Below, one piece after another: positions 26,883-37,001 of a stretch of DNA of 51,673 nt. Below the pieces are notes generated by a model. The model did no database searches. It was not told where the DNA came from and was given only the letters and a program-made list of their open reading frames with translations. The position numbers were made by a program, and so were the translations under genes. This stretch comes from Bacteroidota bacterium (lineage in GTDB: Bacteria > Bacteroidota > Bacteroidia > Palsa-948). Location: positions 1 through 51,673 of the forward strand of contig JAZDJJ010000097.1 of the NCBI GenBank assembly GCA_043804035.1, in the 5' to 3' direction. Each line of letters opens with the position of its first letter. Position 1 is the first letter of the stretch.

Positions 26883-29800
26883 TTATATTATCATCACTTT
26901 CATTGTTTCCTCACCGAACTGACTTATCACTCTTACAGCAATCTTCTGTCCTTTCTTTTTTATTTCTATCGGGTGAGAGATGTGACCATACAAACGGTCA
27001 AATGCATCATCATCAATTTCAATTTTTAAAGTTTTTTCTACGTTTCGTTTTGTGCCATTTTTCGCTAACCCACTCAATCCTTTTTTCCATTTGTCAAACT
27101 CATCTTTATCTCCACCGCAGAAGAAAACTTGTTTCACCACAAAATTGCTTCCATCATAATCATCATCCACCATCCAATATGCGATGTCGTGAACATTACG
27201 GGGTTTCACTTCGTCTTTTATCGGGTCGTAAATGTCTAATCCCAGAATAGTGGTTTGTGAATAGTGGTAAGTGGTTAGTTCTTTTTGCAGAGAGAGTTCA
27301 TTAGCCCATTGAGCAACTTTGCTATCTCCACACAATTGTTTAATAGCACTTCTGAATTTTCTTTCGTCAGAAATTCCAAGTTCCGTGATAAAAGAATCAA
27401 AGTCCGTAATTCCGCTAAAGAACCTTTCGCTATCCCCAAGAACTGAATAAACTCTCCCGTTGTGTTCCGTGCCTGACCCTCCGATATGTTTGCCGGAATG
27501 CTCACCGATGCTCTTCTCATTTGAGAAGTTAATCCATACATCTCTTCTTTGGGAAAGGATGATGTATGCTGATAAATCTGTTTGGTTAAGTTTATTGATT
27601 TTTGCCAAACTATCAAGTCCTGAAAGTTTTTTAATAATGTCATAATTACATAAAATTTTAGTTGTTAGTTGTTGAGTGGTTAGTTCTTTATTGTGTGTTA
27701 TGTTATTCTTATTGCTATCCGCTAATCCCTGACCACTATCCACTGATACTAACCACCAACCACTATCCACTAATAAAATATCCGGTTCACCAATGGTAAC
27801 AAACGAAGCCGCGCTTTTTGATGGTTTCTTTTTCAATCCCTCCTGCAACAAATCATCGTGGATACGCGCTTTGGTTACTTCAAACTTTCCCATACTCGTA
27901 GTTTTATCGCTTGTGGCATCAATATCGCTTTCAAAACTAAATCCAAGAATGATTAACCATTGTGCATCTCCGCGAGAGCGACATCCTTTCACTGCTTCGT
28001 TTACTGCACTCTTGCTCACGGTTCCGAATTTAGGACCGATGTGAAAGTATGCTTTCTTCTCGCCAGTATTTCTCCACTCTCCTTTTGGAGAGGGTCCGGG
28101 GGTGAGGTAAAATCCTTCCGCATGCAAATAGGCATCAGATAATAATTCCACTCTCGAAAATGAAACACGCTCATCTTTTCTTCCGTTTTTAATTCCTGTA
28201 CTCAGCAAATGCTGTTTTATTTTTTCTGACCATTCTCCAGCATCTTCATTTATCATTTGCTCGTCATCCAATTCATCAGGACTGATTGGTTCAAAGTTTT
28301 GTAATGTTTCTACTGTGAAAGGACCACTTACACGCAAACGTTTATTATCAATTTCAGGTTTGTCGTAAAGGGTTTCTGTCGCAGGGGGTTCGTCATTTGC
28401 TAAACTTTTCAGCGTAATGTGTGGAACGGTTTTGTAAATAAATCCTTGCCTGATGTCTTGTAAGTTGGTAGTGGGTGGTGGGTAGTGGGAAGTTTTTTTC
28501 TGCTCACCATCCACTAAACATTGTTCGCTATATAATTTGTAATAAGGAAATGTTGCCGTCATTAGCCGTTGCTTTGCAATGTTCAATGCAATTCTGCTGG
28601 TATCAATGGTGAGCCATCTTCTGCCCCATTGTTCGGCAACGAATGCAGTGGTCCCGCTTCCGCAAGTAGGGTCAAGTACTAAATCGCCTGGGTCGGTGGT
28701 CATTAAGAGACAACGTTCAAGAACTTTTAGTGTTGTTTGTACCACATAAATTTTCTCTATGGAAAAAGTGCTTTGGAGGGTGTCATTCCACACATTATCA
28801 AAAGTCACATAAGGAAAATCATCTTCATATCTTTTAAATGCTAAAGTTTTATTTACTCCAATAAGACGCTTTTTTGTGTTTAATTTTTTTAATCCTTCTT
28901 TATGAGTTTTCCAATGTGTTCCCTTCGCAGGAAAATATGTTGTTCCATTTAATTCAAATGGTTGAGACCCTGTTTCTGATTCTCCTGATGACATTAAACT
29001 GGATGCTGAAAATCTTTTTTTGTAAGGAATAATGATATTTCCATTTTCATCAAAATCATTTTTCTTTAATCTTTTTTCATTTCCTTTTTCGTCTTCAATC
29101 CAACTATATGTATTATTTGTTTTGTCAGCACTTCTCTCTTTGTATATTTTTCTGTATTTAACTTCAGTTTTATTTTTAGCATACCATAAAAGATAATCAT
29201 AAGTGCTGTCAATTAATTCAGAACCAAAACCTGTGGTTTTTTTAAATGGAATTAAACTGCAAAAATTCTCACTACCAAAAACCTCATCCATAACACTACG
29301 AACGAGATGAACATTTTCCTCGCTAATCTGCACAAAGCAACTTCCGCTTTCGGTGAGAAGTTCTTTTGCGATAAGTAAACGGTCTCTTAAATATGAGAGA
29401 TAAGAATGAATTCCCAGTTCCCAAGTATCTCTGAATGCTTTTATTTGTTCGGGTTCTCCTGCAAGTGATTCATCGTTACCATCTTTCACATCACGGTTAT
29501 TTAATTTTATCTGCCAATTGCTTCCGTATTTAATTCCATAAGGAGGGTCAATATAAATGCACTGCACTTGTCCAGCCATTCCTTCGCGTTCAAGCAAACT
29601 TGCCATCACCAAATGACTGTCGCCTTGTATGAGGCGGTTTGTCCACCCATCTTGATGCTTGTAGTACTCGCTTACTTTTTCCAGTTCATCTTTCTCTAAT
29701 GCGTTTCCAAAAAGTTCGTTTACGTTAAAGAAATCCAACTGACTGTTTTTTTTTTCGGTAATCTTGTATAAGTTTTTAATCAGAATTTCGGGAGAAATAT

Positions 29801-30047
29801 GCTCGTGTCTGTAAAGAGAACGGATATCTACTCTGAGTAAATCCTCGCGGTCATCGTTTTCGTATTTGTTGAGCCAAAACAATTCGGGGTCCTGCCCGCG
29901 ATGCACGACAGGATTTTTCGGGAGTTCAATTATTTTCTTCCCGCTTTTCACTTTCGGGTTTTCATCTTCATATCCCGCTTCTTCTTTGCTCGGAATATGC
30001 ATCCGCCTGGATGATTTATGCTTGATGGATTCTACTTTTTTTGCCAT
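26883..30047 (-). CDS. mod: Type III-like restriction-modification methyltransferase (Mod, N4/N6 beta-class) carrying an internal cassette insertion
   Basis: 1054 aa. Motif IV ([15 protein letters not shown]) precedes motif I ([28 protein letters not shown]). The N-terminal extension (HIPSKEE...DPELFWLNK) and the C-terminus (LGLDIYDP...[13 protein letters not shown]...[17 protein letters not shown]) fit the Mod family that partners with Res helicases. Residues ~760-931 are encoded by the 27257-27770 cassette. Confidence 0.85.
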   Translation of the reverse strand: MAKKVESIKHKSSRRMHIPSKEEAGYEDENPKVKSGKKIIELPKNPVVHRGQDPELFWLNKYENDDREDLLRVDIRSLYRHEHISPEILIKNLYKITEKKNSQLDFFNVNELFGNALEKDELEKVSEYYKHQDGWTNRLIQGDSHLVMASLLEREGMAGQVQCIYIDPPYGIKYGSNWQIKLNNRDVKDGNDESLAGEPEQIKAFRDTWELGIHSYLSYLRDRLLIAKELLTESGSCFVQISEENVHLVRSVMDEVFGSENFCSLIPFKKTTGFGSELIDSTYDYLLWYAKNKTEVKYRKIYKERSADKTNNTYSWIEDEKGNEKRLKKNDFDENGNIIIPYKKRFSASSLMSSGESETGSQPFELNGTTYFPAKGTHWKTHKEGLKKLNTKKRLIGVNKTLAFKRYEDDFPYVTFDNVWNDTLQSTFSIEKIYVVQTTLKVLERCLLMTTDPGDLVLDPTCGSGTTAFVAEQWGRRWLTIDTSRIALNIAKQRLMTATFPYYKLYSEQCLVDGEQKKTSHYPPPTTNLQDIRQGFIYKTVPHITLKSLANDEPPATETLYDKPEIDNKRLRVSGPFTVETLQNFEPISPDELDDEQMINEDAGEWSEKIKQHLLSTGIKNGRKDERVSFSRVELLSDAYLHAEGFYLTPGPSPKGEWRNTGEKKAYFHIGPKFGTVSKSAVNEAVKGCRSRGDAQWLIILGFSFESDIDATSDKTTSMGKFEVTKARIHDDLLQEGLKKKPSKSAASFVTIGEPDILLVDSGWWLVSVDSGQGLADSNKNNITHNKELTTQQLTTKILCNYDIIKKLSGLDSLAKINKLNQTDLSAYIILSQRRDVWINFSNEKSIGEHSGKHIGGSGTEHNGRVYSVLGDSERFFSGITDFDSFITELGISDERKFRSAIKQLCGDSKVAQWANELSLQKELTTYHYSQTTILGLDIYDPIKDEVKPRNVHDIAYWMVDDDYDGSNFVVKQVFFCGGDKDEFDKWKKGLSGLAKNGTKRNVEKTLKIEIDDDAFDRLYGHISHPIEIKKKGQKIAVRVISQFGEETMKVMII
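27257..27770 (-). mobile_element. TIR-bounded mini-cassette carrying a four-helix-bundle gene, inserted inside the mod ORF
   Basis: The inverted repeat is 20/23: GTGAATAGTGGTAAGTGGTTAGT (27257-27279) against the reverse complement of ACTAACCACCAACCACTATCCAC (27748-27770). A perfect 15-bp direct repeat AGTGGTTAGTTCTTT lies at 27270-27284 and 27675-27689. A 12-bp direct repeat CCACTATCCACT lies at 27733-27744 and 27760-27771. Confidence 0.65.
27275..27643 (-). CDS. Four helix bundle protein (23S rRNA intervening-sequence protein / Avd family)
   Basis: 122 aa with a near-consensus family sequence: [55 protein letters not shown] and [13 protein letters not shown]. It lies fully inside the mod ORF, on the same strand in a different frame. 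Confidence 0.85.
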   Translation of the reverse strand: MTLLKNFQDLIVWQKSINLTKQIYQHTSSFPKEEMYGLTSQMRRASVSIPANISEGQARNTTGEFIQFLGIAKGSLAELRTLILLSRNLEFLTKENSEVLLNNCVEIAKLLNGLMNSLCKKN

Positions 30048-30052
30048 AGTAT

Positions 30053-30508
30053 GAACCGGGATTTTTGAGATTAAAGGATTATGGGATTGAATTTTTTATT
30101 TGTCAAACGGTGAAACTCTAAACTCTTTGCGCCAAAATTTATCAATAGCCCTATTTCCATATTGTATGCTTCCAGATAATTCAATGCCTGTGCAATGTGA
30201 ACATCTTCTAATTTGATGATTGCCTTCAGTTCAACCATTATCAGTTCTTCTACAAAAAAATCCACTCTTCTCGTTCCGATCTGCTCGTCTCTGTAAAATA
30301 CCGGCATTTCCATTTCTCTTTTAAAACTAAGTTCCTGATATGGCATCTCTATTGCCATTGCTCTTTGATAAATTACTTCCTGAAAACCATTACCAAGAGC
30401 AGAATGAACTTTCATTGCTGATGAAATTATTCTCCTCGTTATATCTTCATGTTTCATTTTATTTTTATTTTAATCTTATCATCCCGCAAATCCAATAAAT
30501 CCCAGTTC
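30053..30508 (-). mobile_element. TIR-bounded mini-cassette carrying a GxxExxY gene
   Basis: GAACCGGGATTT (30053-30064) pairs with the reverse complement of AAATCCCAGTTC (30497-30508) at 11/12. Both ends have GGGATT/GATTAAA word repeats. The element exactly fills the gap between the Bro-N/DinD-like stop (30507) and the mod start (30047). Confidence 0.55.
30071..30457 (-). CDS. GxxExxY protein (PD-(D/E)XK-like, PDDEXK_3 type)
   Basis: 128 aa with the family signature: [40 protein letters not shown] and [20 protein letters not shown]. Confidence 0.85.
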   Translation of the reverse strand: MKHEDITRRIISSAMKVHSALGNGFQEVIYQRAMAIEMPYQELSFKREMEMPVFYRDEQIGTRRVDFFVEELIMVELKAIIKLEDVHIAQALNYLEAYNMEIGLLINFGAKSLEFHRLTNKKFNPIIL

Positions 30509-31349
30509 AGACATTTTTCTCGTTATTATTTTTTAATTGCAAAACGATTTTGGCATTTAATTCCGTAATCACCTTTTTTCCTGTTCTTGCCTCTAATTCT
30601 TTTCTTGCTACTTTGGCTACATTACCACCTTGCTTTGCTACTTTTTTACTGTCTTCAAAAGTTTTTGGTATTACCGCTGATGAAATATCTTTGGTAGATG
30701 CCTCCGCAAGCATATTCAAAATCAATTCGGTGTTGGTCATATTGTCTCTAAGATTTTCCTTTTTTAATCCTTTCAGAATTTTATATTCTTTGGTGGTTTT
30801 ATCAGCCCATACTTTGGTAATAATATCGGTAAGTGTTGCAAATTGGACGCCTTCTTTTAATCCCCTTTTTTTCCATTCATCAGTCAGTTCTTTTCGTATT
30901 TCAATACTTTTCAGCCGTTGGTTAATCCAGTTTTCAGAATAGCCCAATTGAAGATATTGCTCTAAAGCCCTGTCAATAGTTAATTCAGGGTCTTGCATTT
31001 CGTCTAATCTTTCGGCAGCAATTTGTGCCAGCCAAAGTTTAAATGGCTCTGCCTTTGGCGATGGTATGGATTGTATCAGCCGAAAAAGTTGTTCAGTATC
31101 GGCAACATCGGTCATTCTCATCTTGCCGTCTTCCGCTGCCATTTTCAACTGTCCCAATTTATGGGACAGTTCACTTCCCTCTGCTTTTAGTTTTGTTTTT
31201 AAAGCATTCCAGTATTTCCTCGGCCTGGGGCTGCTGGTTAGTATTTCAATTACATCAATAATTGATAAATACCATTTCTCCTGCTTTGCATCCCAAAGGG
31301 TTCTTACTTTTTTATCTTCAAATATTTTTATGTCATTTTGTTTTTTCAT
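30507..31349 (-). CDS. Bro-N domain / DNA-damage-inducible protein D (DinD)-like protein
   Basis: 280 aa. The N-terminus has a Bro-N-like pattern (IKIFEDKKVRTLWDAKQEKWYLSIIDVIEIL). The C-terminal half (KGLKKENLRDNMTNTELILNMLAEAST...AKQGGNVAKVARKELEARTGKKVIT) parallels the E. coli DinD C-terminal layout as I remember it. Confidence 0.65.
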   Translation of the reverse strand: MKKQNDIKIFEDKKVRTLWDAKQEKWYLSIIDVIEILTSSPRPRKYWNALKTKLKAEGSELSHKLGQLKMAAEDGKMRMTDVADTEQLFRLIQSIPSPKAEPFKLWLAQIAAERLDEMQDPELTIDRALEQYLQLGYSENWINQRLKSIEIRKELTDEWKKRGLKEGVQFATLTDIITKVWADKTTKEYKILKGLKKENLRDNMTNTELILNMLAEASTKDISSAVIPKTFEDSKKVAKQGGNVAKVARKELEARTGKKVITELNAKIVLQLKNNNEKNV

Positions 31350-31399
31350 CGTGATATTTTTTTAATTGTGACGAATTTGTCATAATTATAATTTACTTT

Positions 31400-34300
31400 T
31401 TAAAGTGAAGATATCTTTTCTGCCAATTGATTTTTAATATCGCGAATGTCGTTGGCAATTTCAATGAAATGCCATTCGGGATAATTGTATTTTTCTTTCA
31501 TCGCATTCACAGCAGGAAGCCATCGGTTTTCTACAAACCATTTTTTTTCTGCTTTCTCTTTGCTCATCCCTGTTATTTCAACCATCAGGTTTTTCGTTTT
31601 TCCATCTTTGCCTTTGCATTGTGCAACGAAGTCAGGAAAATATTGTTTGTCTTTGCCGTCCTTTATATATGGAATCGTCAATCCCAAAAATTGATTCTTT
31701 ACATAACTTTGAACTTGCTCTAATTCTTCAAATGTTTTTGCGGTGATGGCTTCCCAATTGCTGTCCATAACCACATAATTTATGTGACTCTTTTTTGTAG
31801 GATAAACTTCTTTAATCGTATTACCATTTACATATTTTGTACTGCTGAATTTATTGTAGTAATTAAAAACGGGACGGATAAATTCGGCAGTATTTTTTTC
31901 GGTGTTTATTGCGCGGACAATATGGTCCACAATTTTTTTCGGAGTTTCAAAAAACAAGAGTCGTTTGAACCGTTGGTCTTGAATATTCAGAAGAATAACT
32001 TTTTTATCGTACCATTCCTCCACAATTTTTTTTAGTTTGCTGAACTTCTGAAAATTTGCATTGCCTTCGTCATCAGAGAAATGAACCTTTATGAGTTCTT
32101 TCGTCAGCCAAAAAATAATTTCAGCATCGCGCTTTTCCAACACACTTTGAATTTGAATTTCTATTTCCTGCGGTGAAAAAGCATTTGCAAGTTTTGTTCT
32201 AATGGGAGTGGTGTCGCCACGGATTTCATAATTCTCAATGTTATTGAAGGCATATTTTATTTCCCCTTCTGAATTTCCTATTCTGTATCCGATCACATTC
32301 GGAAAAGTGATTTCAAATTTTTCTTGTCTTTCAGGAAGAGCAACGATATGAATTAAATTAACAAGTGGAGGTGGTGGTTCGGACTTTCCTCCTTTGAACA
32401 TTTTAAATGGAATTCCAATGATGTGGGCATATTCAGGAGGAAATTTCTCTACAACAATTTTTCGTTTATCATTGGTGGGCTTTCCATCTTTATCATAGCC
32501 CTGCAAAAAATAATTCATTCTCCGTAATGCTCGTCCTGCAACTTGCTCACAGAGCAACTGTGAGCCAAAAGCTCGGATTCCCATAATATGCGTTACTGTG
32601 TTTGCATCCCATCCTTCAGTGAGCATTGAAACAGAAACAACACAGCGAATGTGAGAACCTAACTTGTTTTGTTTCCCGACAGTATTAACTACTTCGCGAA
32701 GAATTTCTGCCTCAGTGATTTTTTCCGCACTTCCCTGTCCGTGAATTCTCGCATAGTCCTTTTTGAATTCTTCTATTTCAGAAGAAAATATTTTTTTGAA
32801 CTCTTCATTTATCTGGTCGCTGTTTTCCAACGCATCACTATCAATCAAAAGTGTAGGCGGTTTCTTCAATGGTTTTTTTGTAGTGGGGTCATAATTGCTG
32901 AATAATTCCTTTGCACCATCTCGCGTAATAAGTTCTCCACTTTCACTTTCAAACTCATAACCTGCAATGTATTTGTAAACCTCTTTTGAAACGGAAGTAT
33001 TATTACAAACAAGAATGAAAACAGGAGGAGCAGAAAATAAATTTGATTTTTCTTCCTGCTGTTCGCGATACCCTTTGTAATAATCTACATAGTGGTTGTA
33101 GAATTGGTCTAAAGCACCTTTCACCAAAGAAGGGAGTTGGGGAGGCAATTCCGTAAGTTTTTTTCCTTCTTCTTTTGCTTCTGATTTTTTCTTTCGCTGT
33201 CCTTTTTTCGGTAATTCATTTTTCACATGCTCGTACAAGTTGCGAAGCACCGGCATTTTCAATTCTTGCGTGTTATCGCTTTCGGGAATGAAAGGAATTT
33301 TTACAAGCCCCGATTCAATCGCTTCAATCAAACCGAAATCACTCACAGTCCACGGAAACAAACTGTATGCCTCATATCCTGAACCTTGTAAATAGTAAGG
33401 AGTTGCAGAAAGGTCATATATATTTTGCAATTTGAATCGTCTGGAAATTTCTTTTAATCCTGTAAACCAAACGGCAGCTCTTTCATTCTCATCCGATTCT
33501 TCGTTGTCGGATGTTTTGCCTTTTGATTTCGGGAGATAGCAATGATGTGCTTCATCATTCATTATGAGTAAACGAGAATCTTTTTTGAATTTACTGAGAG
33601 TCCGTTTTACGACTTGCAAAAAATCTTCGGTATTGTTAGTGTTAATTTTATTTCCATCTAAATCCACTTTTCCGTCAAACGGATTGCGCTTGTTTCCCTG
33701 CAATGTCTTTGGTTCAAATGAGTGATAGTTTGTTATTACCAATCGTGCATTAAGATTTTCTAAGCGATGTTCTAATTTTATCGGCACTAATCCGCGAATG
33801 TGATAGTAGTCCTCAATATCCATCGGGTTTTTATTTTTTGTATCAACAAATAAAACTCCCAATCTGTCTTTAATCGTAATACCGGGAGTAACAATTAAAA
33901 AGTAATCTGCAAAACGGGTATCACTTCTATATTCCTGACGATTGAAATAATGATACAAAATAAAACAACCCATTACAACTGTTTTTCCCGCACCAGTTGC
34001 CATTTTGAAAGCGATGCGAGGTAATTGGTCAGAAGAATCTGCACTTACTATTCCTTGACGAAGTTTATTAAGAATATTTTGTCCTGCATTTGATTTATCT
34101 GCAATTTCATTCAGCCATATTGCTGTTTCAACGGCTTCTCGTTGGGCAAAAAATAATTTTTTCACCGCGTGCCGTTCGGGATTATCAAACCAAAATGTGA
34201 GAAGCTCTTTTGTAACTCTTGTTGTATTTGGGTATTTTTCTTCTCTCCACTTTCCAACTTCAGCACGGCAAAGGTTAATGAGATGCGTTCCGTATTCTTC

Positions 34301-34489
34301 TGCAAAATCATTTACCTCAAACGCAGATTGTTGCTGTCCCTGACGAGAAGGAATCACTTGAATGTCGGGAGTAAAAATTCTTCTTCCTTCTCTAATGTCG
34401 TTGTAATTCAAAGAACCTTCTGCATCAGTTGCATAATGCAGAATTGGTTCTTCATAAGGACTATTAAGAATTGGATTATCAGAAGTCAT
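31400..34489 (-). CDS. res: Type III restriction enzyme Res subunit (SF2 DEAD/DEAH helicase-nuclease)
   Basis: 1029 aa with the N-terminal [11 protein letters not shown], Walker [18 protein letters not shown] box [11 protein letters not shown] and helicase motif [18 protein letters not shown]...QVAGRALRR. Confidence 0.85.
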   Translation of the reverse strand: MTSDNPILNSPYEEPILHYATDAEGSLNYNDIREGRRIFTPDIQVIPSRQGQQQSAFEVNDFAEEYGTHLINLCRAEVGKWREEKYPNTTRVTKELLTFWFDNPERHAVKKLFFAQREAVETAIWLNEIADKSNAGQNILNKLRQGIVSADSSDQLPRIAFKMATGAGKTVVMGCFILYHYFNRQEYRSDTRFADYFLIVTPGITIKDRLGVLFVDTKNKNPMDIEDYYHIRGLVPIKLEHRLENLNARLVITNYHSFEPKTLQGNKRNPFDGKVDLDGNKINTNNTEDFLQVVKRTLSKFKKDSRLLIMNDEAHHCYLPKSKGKTSDNEESDENERAAVWFTGLKEISRRFKLQNIYDLSATPYYLQGSGYEAYSLFPWTVSDFGLIEAIESGLVKIPFIPESDNTQELKMPVLRNLYEHVKNELPKKGQRKKKSEAKEEGKKLTELPPQLPSLVKGALDQFYNHYVDYYKGYREQQEEKSNLFSAPPVFILVCNNTSVSKEVYKYIAGYEFESESGELITRDGAKELFSNYDPTTKKPLKKPPTLLIDSDALENSDQINEEFKKIFSSEIEEFKKDYARIHGQGSAEKITEAEILREVVNTVGKQNKLGSHIRCVVSVSMLTEGWDANTVTHIMGIRAFGSQLLCEQVAGRALRRMNYFLQGYDKDGKPTNDKRKIVVEKFPPEYAHIIGIPFKMFKGGKSEPPPPLVNLIHIVALPERQEKFEITFPNVIGYRIGNSEGEIKYAFNNIENYEIRGDTTPIRTKLANAFSPQEIEIQIQSVLEKRDAEIIFWLTKELIKVHFSDDEGNANFQKFSKLKKIVEEWYDKKVILLNIQDQRFKRLLFFETPKKIVDHIVRAINTEKNTAEFIRPVFNYYNKFSSTKYVNGNTIKEVYPTKKSHINYVVMDSNWEAITAKTFEELEQVQSYVKNQFLGLTIPYIKDGKDKQYFPDFVAQCKGKDGKTKNLMVEITGMSKEKAEKKWFVENRWLPAVNAMKEKYNYPEWHFIEIANDIRDIKNQLAEKISSL

Positions 34490-34637
34490 GTGAAAGAAAT
34501 CATCTGAAAAATACTCAAAATGAAAGTTCTTTTTGCGAATTTGAGATGTCCATTCTCTGAATCATTTTAAGGTGTTAGAATTAAACAGAAAATAATAAAT
34601 TTCAAAAGTCGCAAACAAAATTACAAAATTATTTTAT

Positions 34638-34731
34638 GGGCAGTTTCAAAAATTGAACTTGTCATTGCACCACGTTGCCATGAGATTGCCGAAAGGAGGA
34701 ACAAAGCAGAAAACAATCTCTATGTTTAGTT
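34638..34731. repeat. Degenerate half-copy of the family A repeat
   Basis: GGGCAGTTTCAAAAATTGAACTTGTCATTGCAC...GGAGGAACAAAGCAGAAAACAATCTCT. Confidence 0.6.
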
Positions 34732-34748
34732 AATAATATCATTTTTTG

Positions 34749-37001
34749 TTATTCCACTAACGAAAAATCCAATTGTTTTTTTTTCATATCGGCTCGTTTC
34801 AAAATCACTTTTATTTTATCACCAAGCGTGAGACAGTGTTTTGTTTTTCTGCCAATTAATCTTTTATTCTTATCATCCAAAAAATAATAATCATTCGTCA
34901 GGTCTTTTATTTTCACTAACCCTTCGCAATGCGAATCAATAATCTCCACAAAAATTCCCCACTCACTCACTCCGGATATCACCGCCTCAAACTCCTCGTC
35001 CACTCTGTTCATCAGATACTGAACTTGTTTATATTTTACAGAAGCACGCTCGGCTTCTGCTGCCAATTTTTCTTGCTGAGAAGAATGTTTGCAAGCATTT
35101 TCTAATTCATTTGAAGGGGGAGAAAAAAAATCTCTTTTCTTTTTTGTCGGATGGATGTATGCAATGTTGGATGCTAATTTTCTTTCCAGCAATCTATGCA
35201 CCATCATATCCGGATACCTACGGATTGGTGAAGTGAAGTGTGTGTAATGTTTAAATCCTAATCCGTAATGTCCAATGTTATTCGTAGTGTAAATTGCTTT
35301 TGACATTGTACGGATGGCAAGCATCTCAATCATATTGGCTTCGGGCTTTCCAACAACTTCTGCTAAAATTTTATTCATAGATTCTGCAATAGTAATTTCA
35401 TTTTTCAAATTCATTTTATATCCGAATTTTTTTGCGATTTCTGCAAATGCTTTGAGTTTTTCTCCATCTGGTTTGTCGTGCACGCGATAAATGAATAATG
35501 ACTTCCTTTCAATTTCATGACACTTTGCTTCTTTTTCTATATGAGAAAGAGATGAGGAATGAGGCAGCGAACAAAATTCTGCTACTGCGCGATTTGCCAG
35601 CAGCATAAAATCCTCTATGAGTTTATTAGAGTCCTTCATCTCTTTAAAATAAACGCTTGTAGGATTTCCAAGTTCGTCTAAATGAAATTTTATTTCTAAT
35701 TTATCAAAAGCAATGCTTCCTCTTTTGAATCGTTTTTCACGAAGTTTTTTTGACAAGCGGTCAAGCACAAGCATCTCTGTTGAAAGGTATCCTTTTCCCG
35801 ATTCAATTATTTCCTGAGCTTGTTCGTAAGTGAATCTTTTATGCGAACGAATTACTGTTTTTCCGAACCATTGCTGTAGCACATTGGCATCATCATCCAT
35901 ATTAAACACAGCAGAGAAACATAATTTTTCTTCTTCGGGGCGAAGCGAACAAATTACATTGGAAAGATTTTCGGGAAGCATAGGAACAACACGATCTACA
36001 AGGTAAATGGAAGTTGCACGGGCGTATGCTTCTTTATCAAGTACAGAATTTTCTTTTACATAATGAGTAACATCCGCAATGTGAACACCAATTTCCCAAT
36101 TTCCATTTGAAAGTTTGCGAATAGAAACCGCATCGTCAAAGTCATTTGCATCAACGGGGTCTATCGTAAATGTTGTAACAGAACGAAAATCTCTGCGACT
36201 TAAAATTTCTTCTTTGGTGATTTCTGCCGAAATTTTTTCAGCTGCCTTTTCTACTTCTTTCGGAAAGTCATAAGGCAAACCATACTCGGCAAGAATGGCG
36301 TGAATTTCTGTTTCATTTTTTCCGGGGTCACCAAGTACTTTGATTATTTCTCCATCAGGATTTTTTCTCTCGTTGTACCAATGAACAACTTTTGCAATAA
36401 CTTTTTGTCCATTCTTCGCTCCAAGAATTTTATCAAATGGAATGTGAATATCAAATGGAATTTTTGAATTATCAGGAACTAAAAAAGCAAACTTATTTGA
36501 CAATTGTATTATTCCTACAAATTCTGTTTTTGAACGATGAACTATTTTTACTATTTCTCCTTCCTGTTTTTTTCCTTTTCGTCTGTGCAACAGCCGTATA
36601 CAGACCGTATCTCCATCAATAGCGCTCATCATTTTATGGGAAGAAACATAAACATCATCTTCTCTTCCTTCAATAATAATATATGCAGCACCTGATGTAA
36701 TCATATCTACTTTTCCGATAATAAGTTCACTTGATTTATGTGAAAAAACTTTTTTCTTTTTATCTGTCCCTTGTTCGTTCAGTAGATATTTTTCGTATTT
36801 GGTTTCGGTCAGTATTTTCTTTTTTGCCATGTCTTTCAACAGAAAATTTAACTTCATTTTTTGAGAGTTGTCATGAAGATTCAGGCGGGCTGCGACTTGT
36901 TTATAATTAAGTGGCTTGCCTGCATTGGAAAAAATCTGTGTTATTTCTTCGCAGCGAAGATGCTGGCAGTTTTTATTTTTATTTTCTTTATTTTTTTTCA
37001 T
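34749..37001 (-). CDS. rnr: Ribonuclease R
   Basis: 750 aa with an N-terminal wHTH and cold-shock-like region. RNB motifs are DFDDAVS, HIADVTHYV, SIYLVDRVVPMLPE and FTSPIRRYPDMMVHR. The C-terminus has an S1 domain (GVISGVSEWGIFVEI). Confidence 0.9.
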   Translation of the reverse strand: MKKNKENKNKNCQHLRCEEITQIFSNAGKPLNYKQVAARLNLHDNSQKMKLNFLLKDMAKKKILTETKYEKYLLNEQGTDKKKKVFSHKSSELIIGKVDMITSGAAYIIIEGREDDVYVSSHKMMSAIDGDTVCIRLLHRRKGKKQEGEIVKIVHRSKTEFVGIIQLSNKFAFLVPDNSKIPFDIHIPFDKILGAKNGQKVIAKVVHWYNERKNPDGEIIKVLGDPGKNETEIHAILAEYGLPYDFPKEVEKAAEKISAEITKEEILSRRDFRSVTTFTIDPVDANDFDDAVSIRKLSNGNWEIGVHIADVTHYVKENSVLDKEAYARATSIYLVDRVVPMLPENLSNVICSLRPEEEKLCFSAVFNMDDDANVLQQWFGKTVIRSHKRFTYEQAQEIIESGKGYLSTEMLVLDRLSKKLREKRFKRGSIAFDKLEIKFHLDELGNPTSVYFKEMKDSNKLIEDFMLLANRAVAEFCSLPHSSSLSHIEKEAKCHEIERKSLFIYRVHDKPDGEKLKAFAEIAKKFGYKMNLKNEITIAESMNKILAEVVGKPEANMIEMLAIRTMSKAIYTTNNIGHYGLGFKHYTHFTSPIRRYPDMMVHRLLERKLASNIAYIHPTKKKRDFFSPPSNELENACKHSSQQEKLAAEAERASVKYKQVQYLMNRVDEEFEAVISGVSEWGIFVEIIDSHCEGLVKIKDLTNDYYFLDDKNKRLIGRKTKHCLTLGDKIKVILKRADMKKKQLDFSLVE

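Noticed and set aside
27275-27643. Possibility that the four-helix-bundle gene marks a diversity-generating retroelement (Avd homologue)
   Set aside because: No reverse transcriptase ORF and no template/variable repeat pair is visible anywhere in the window.
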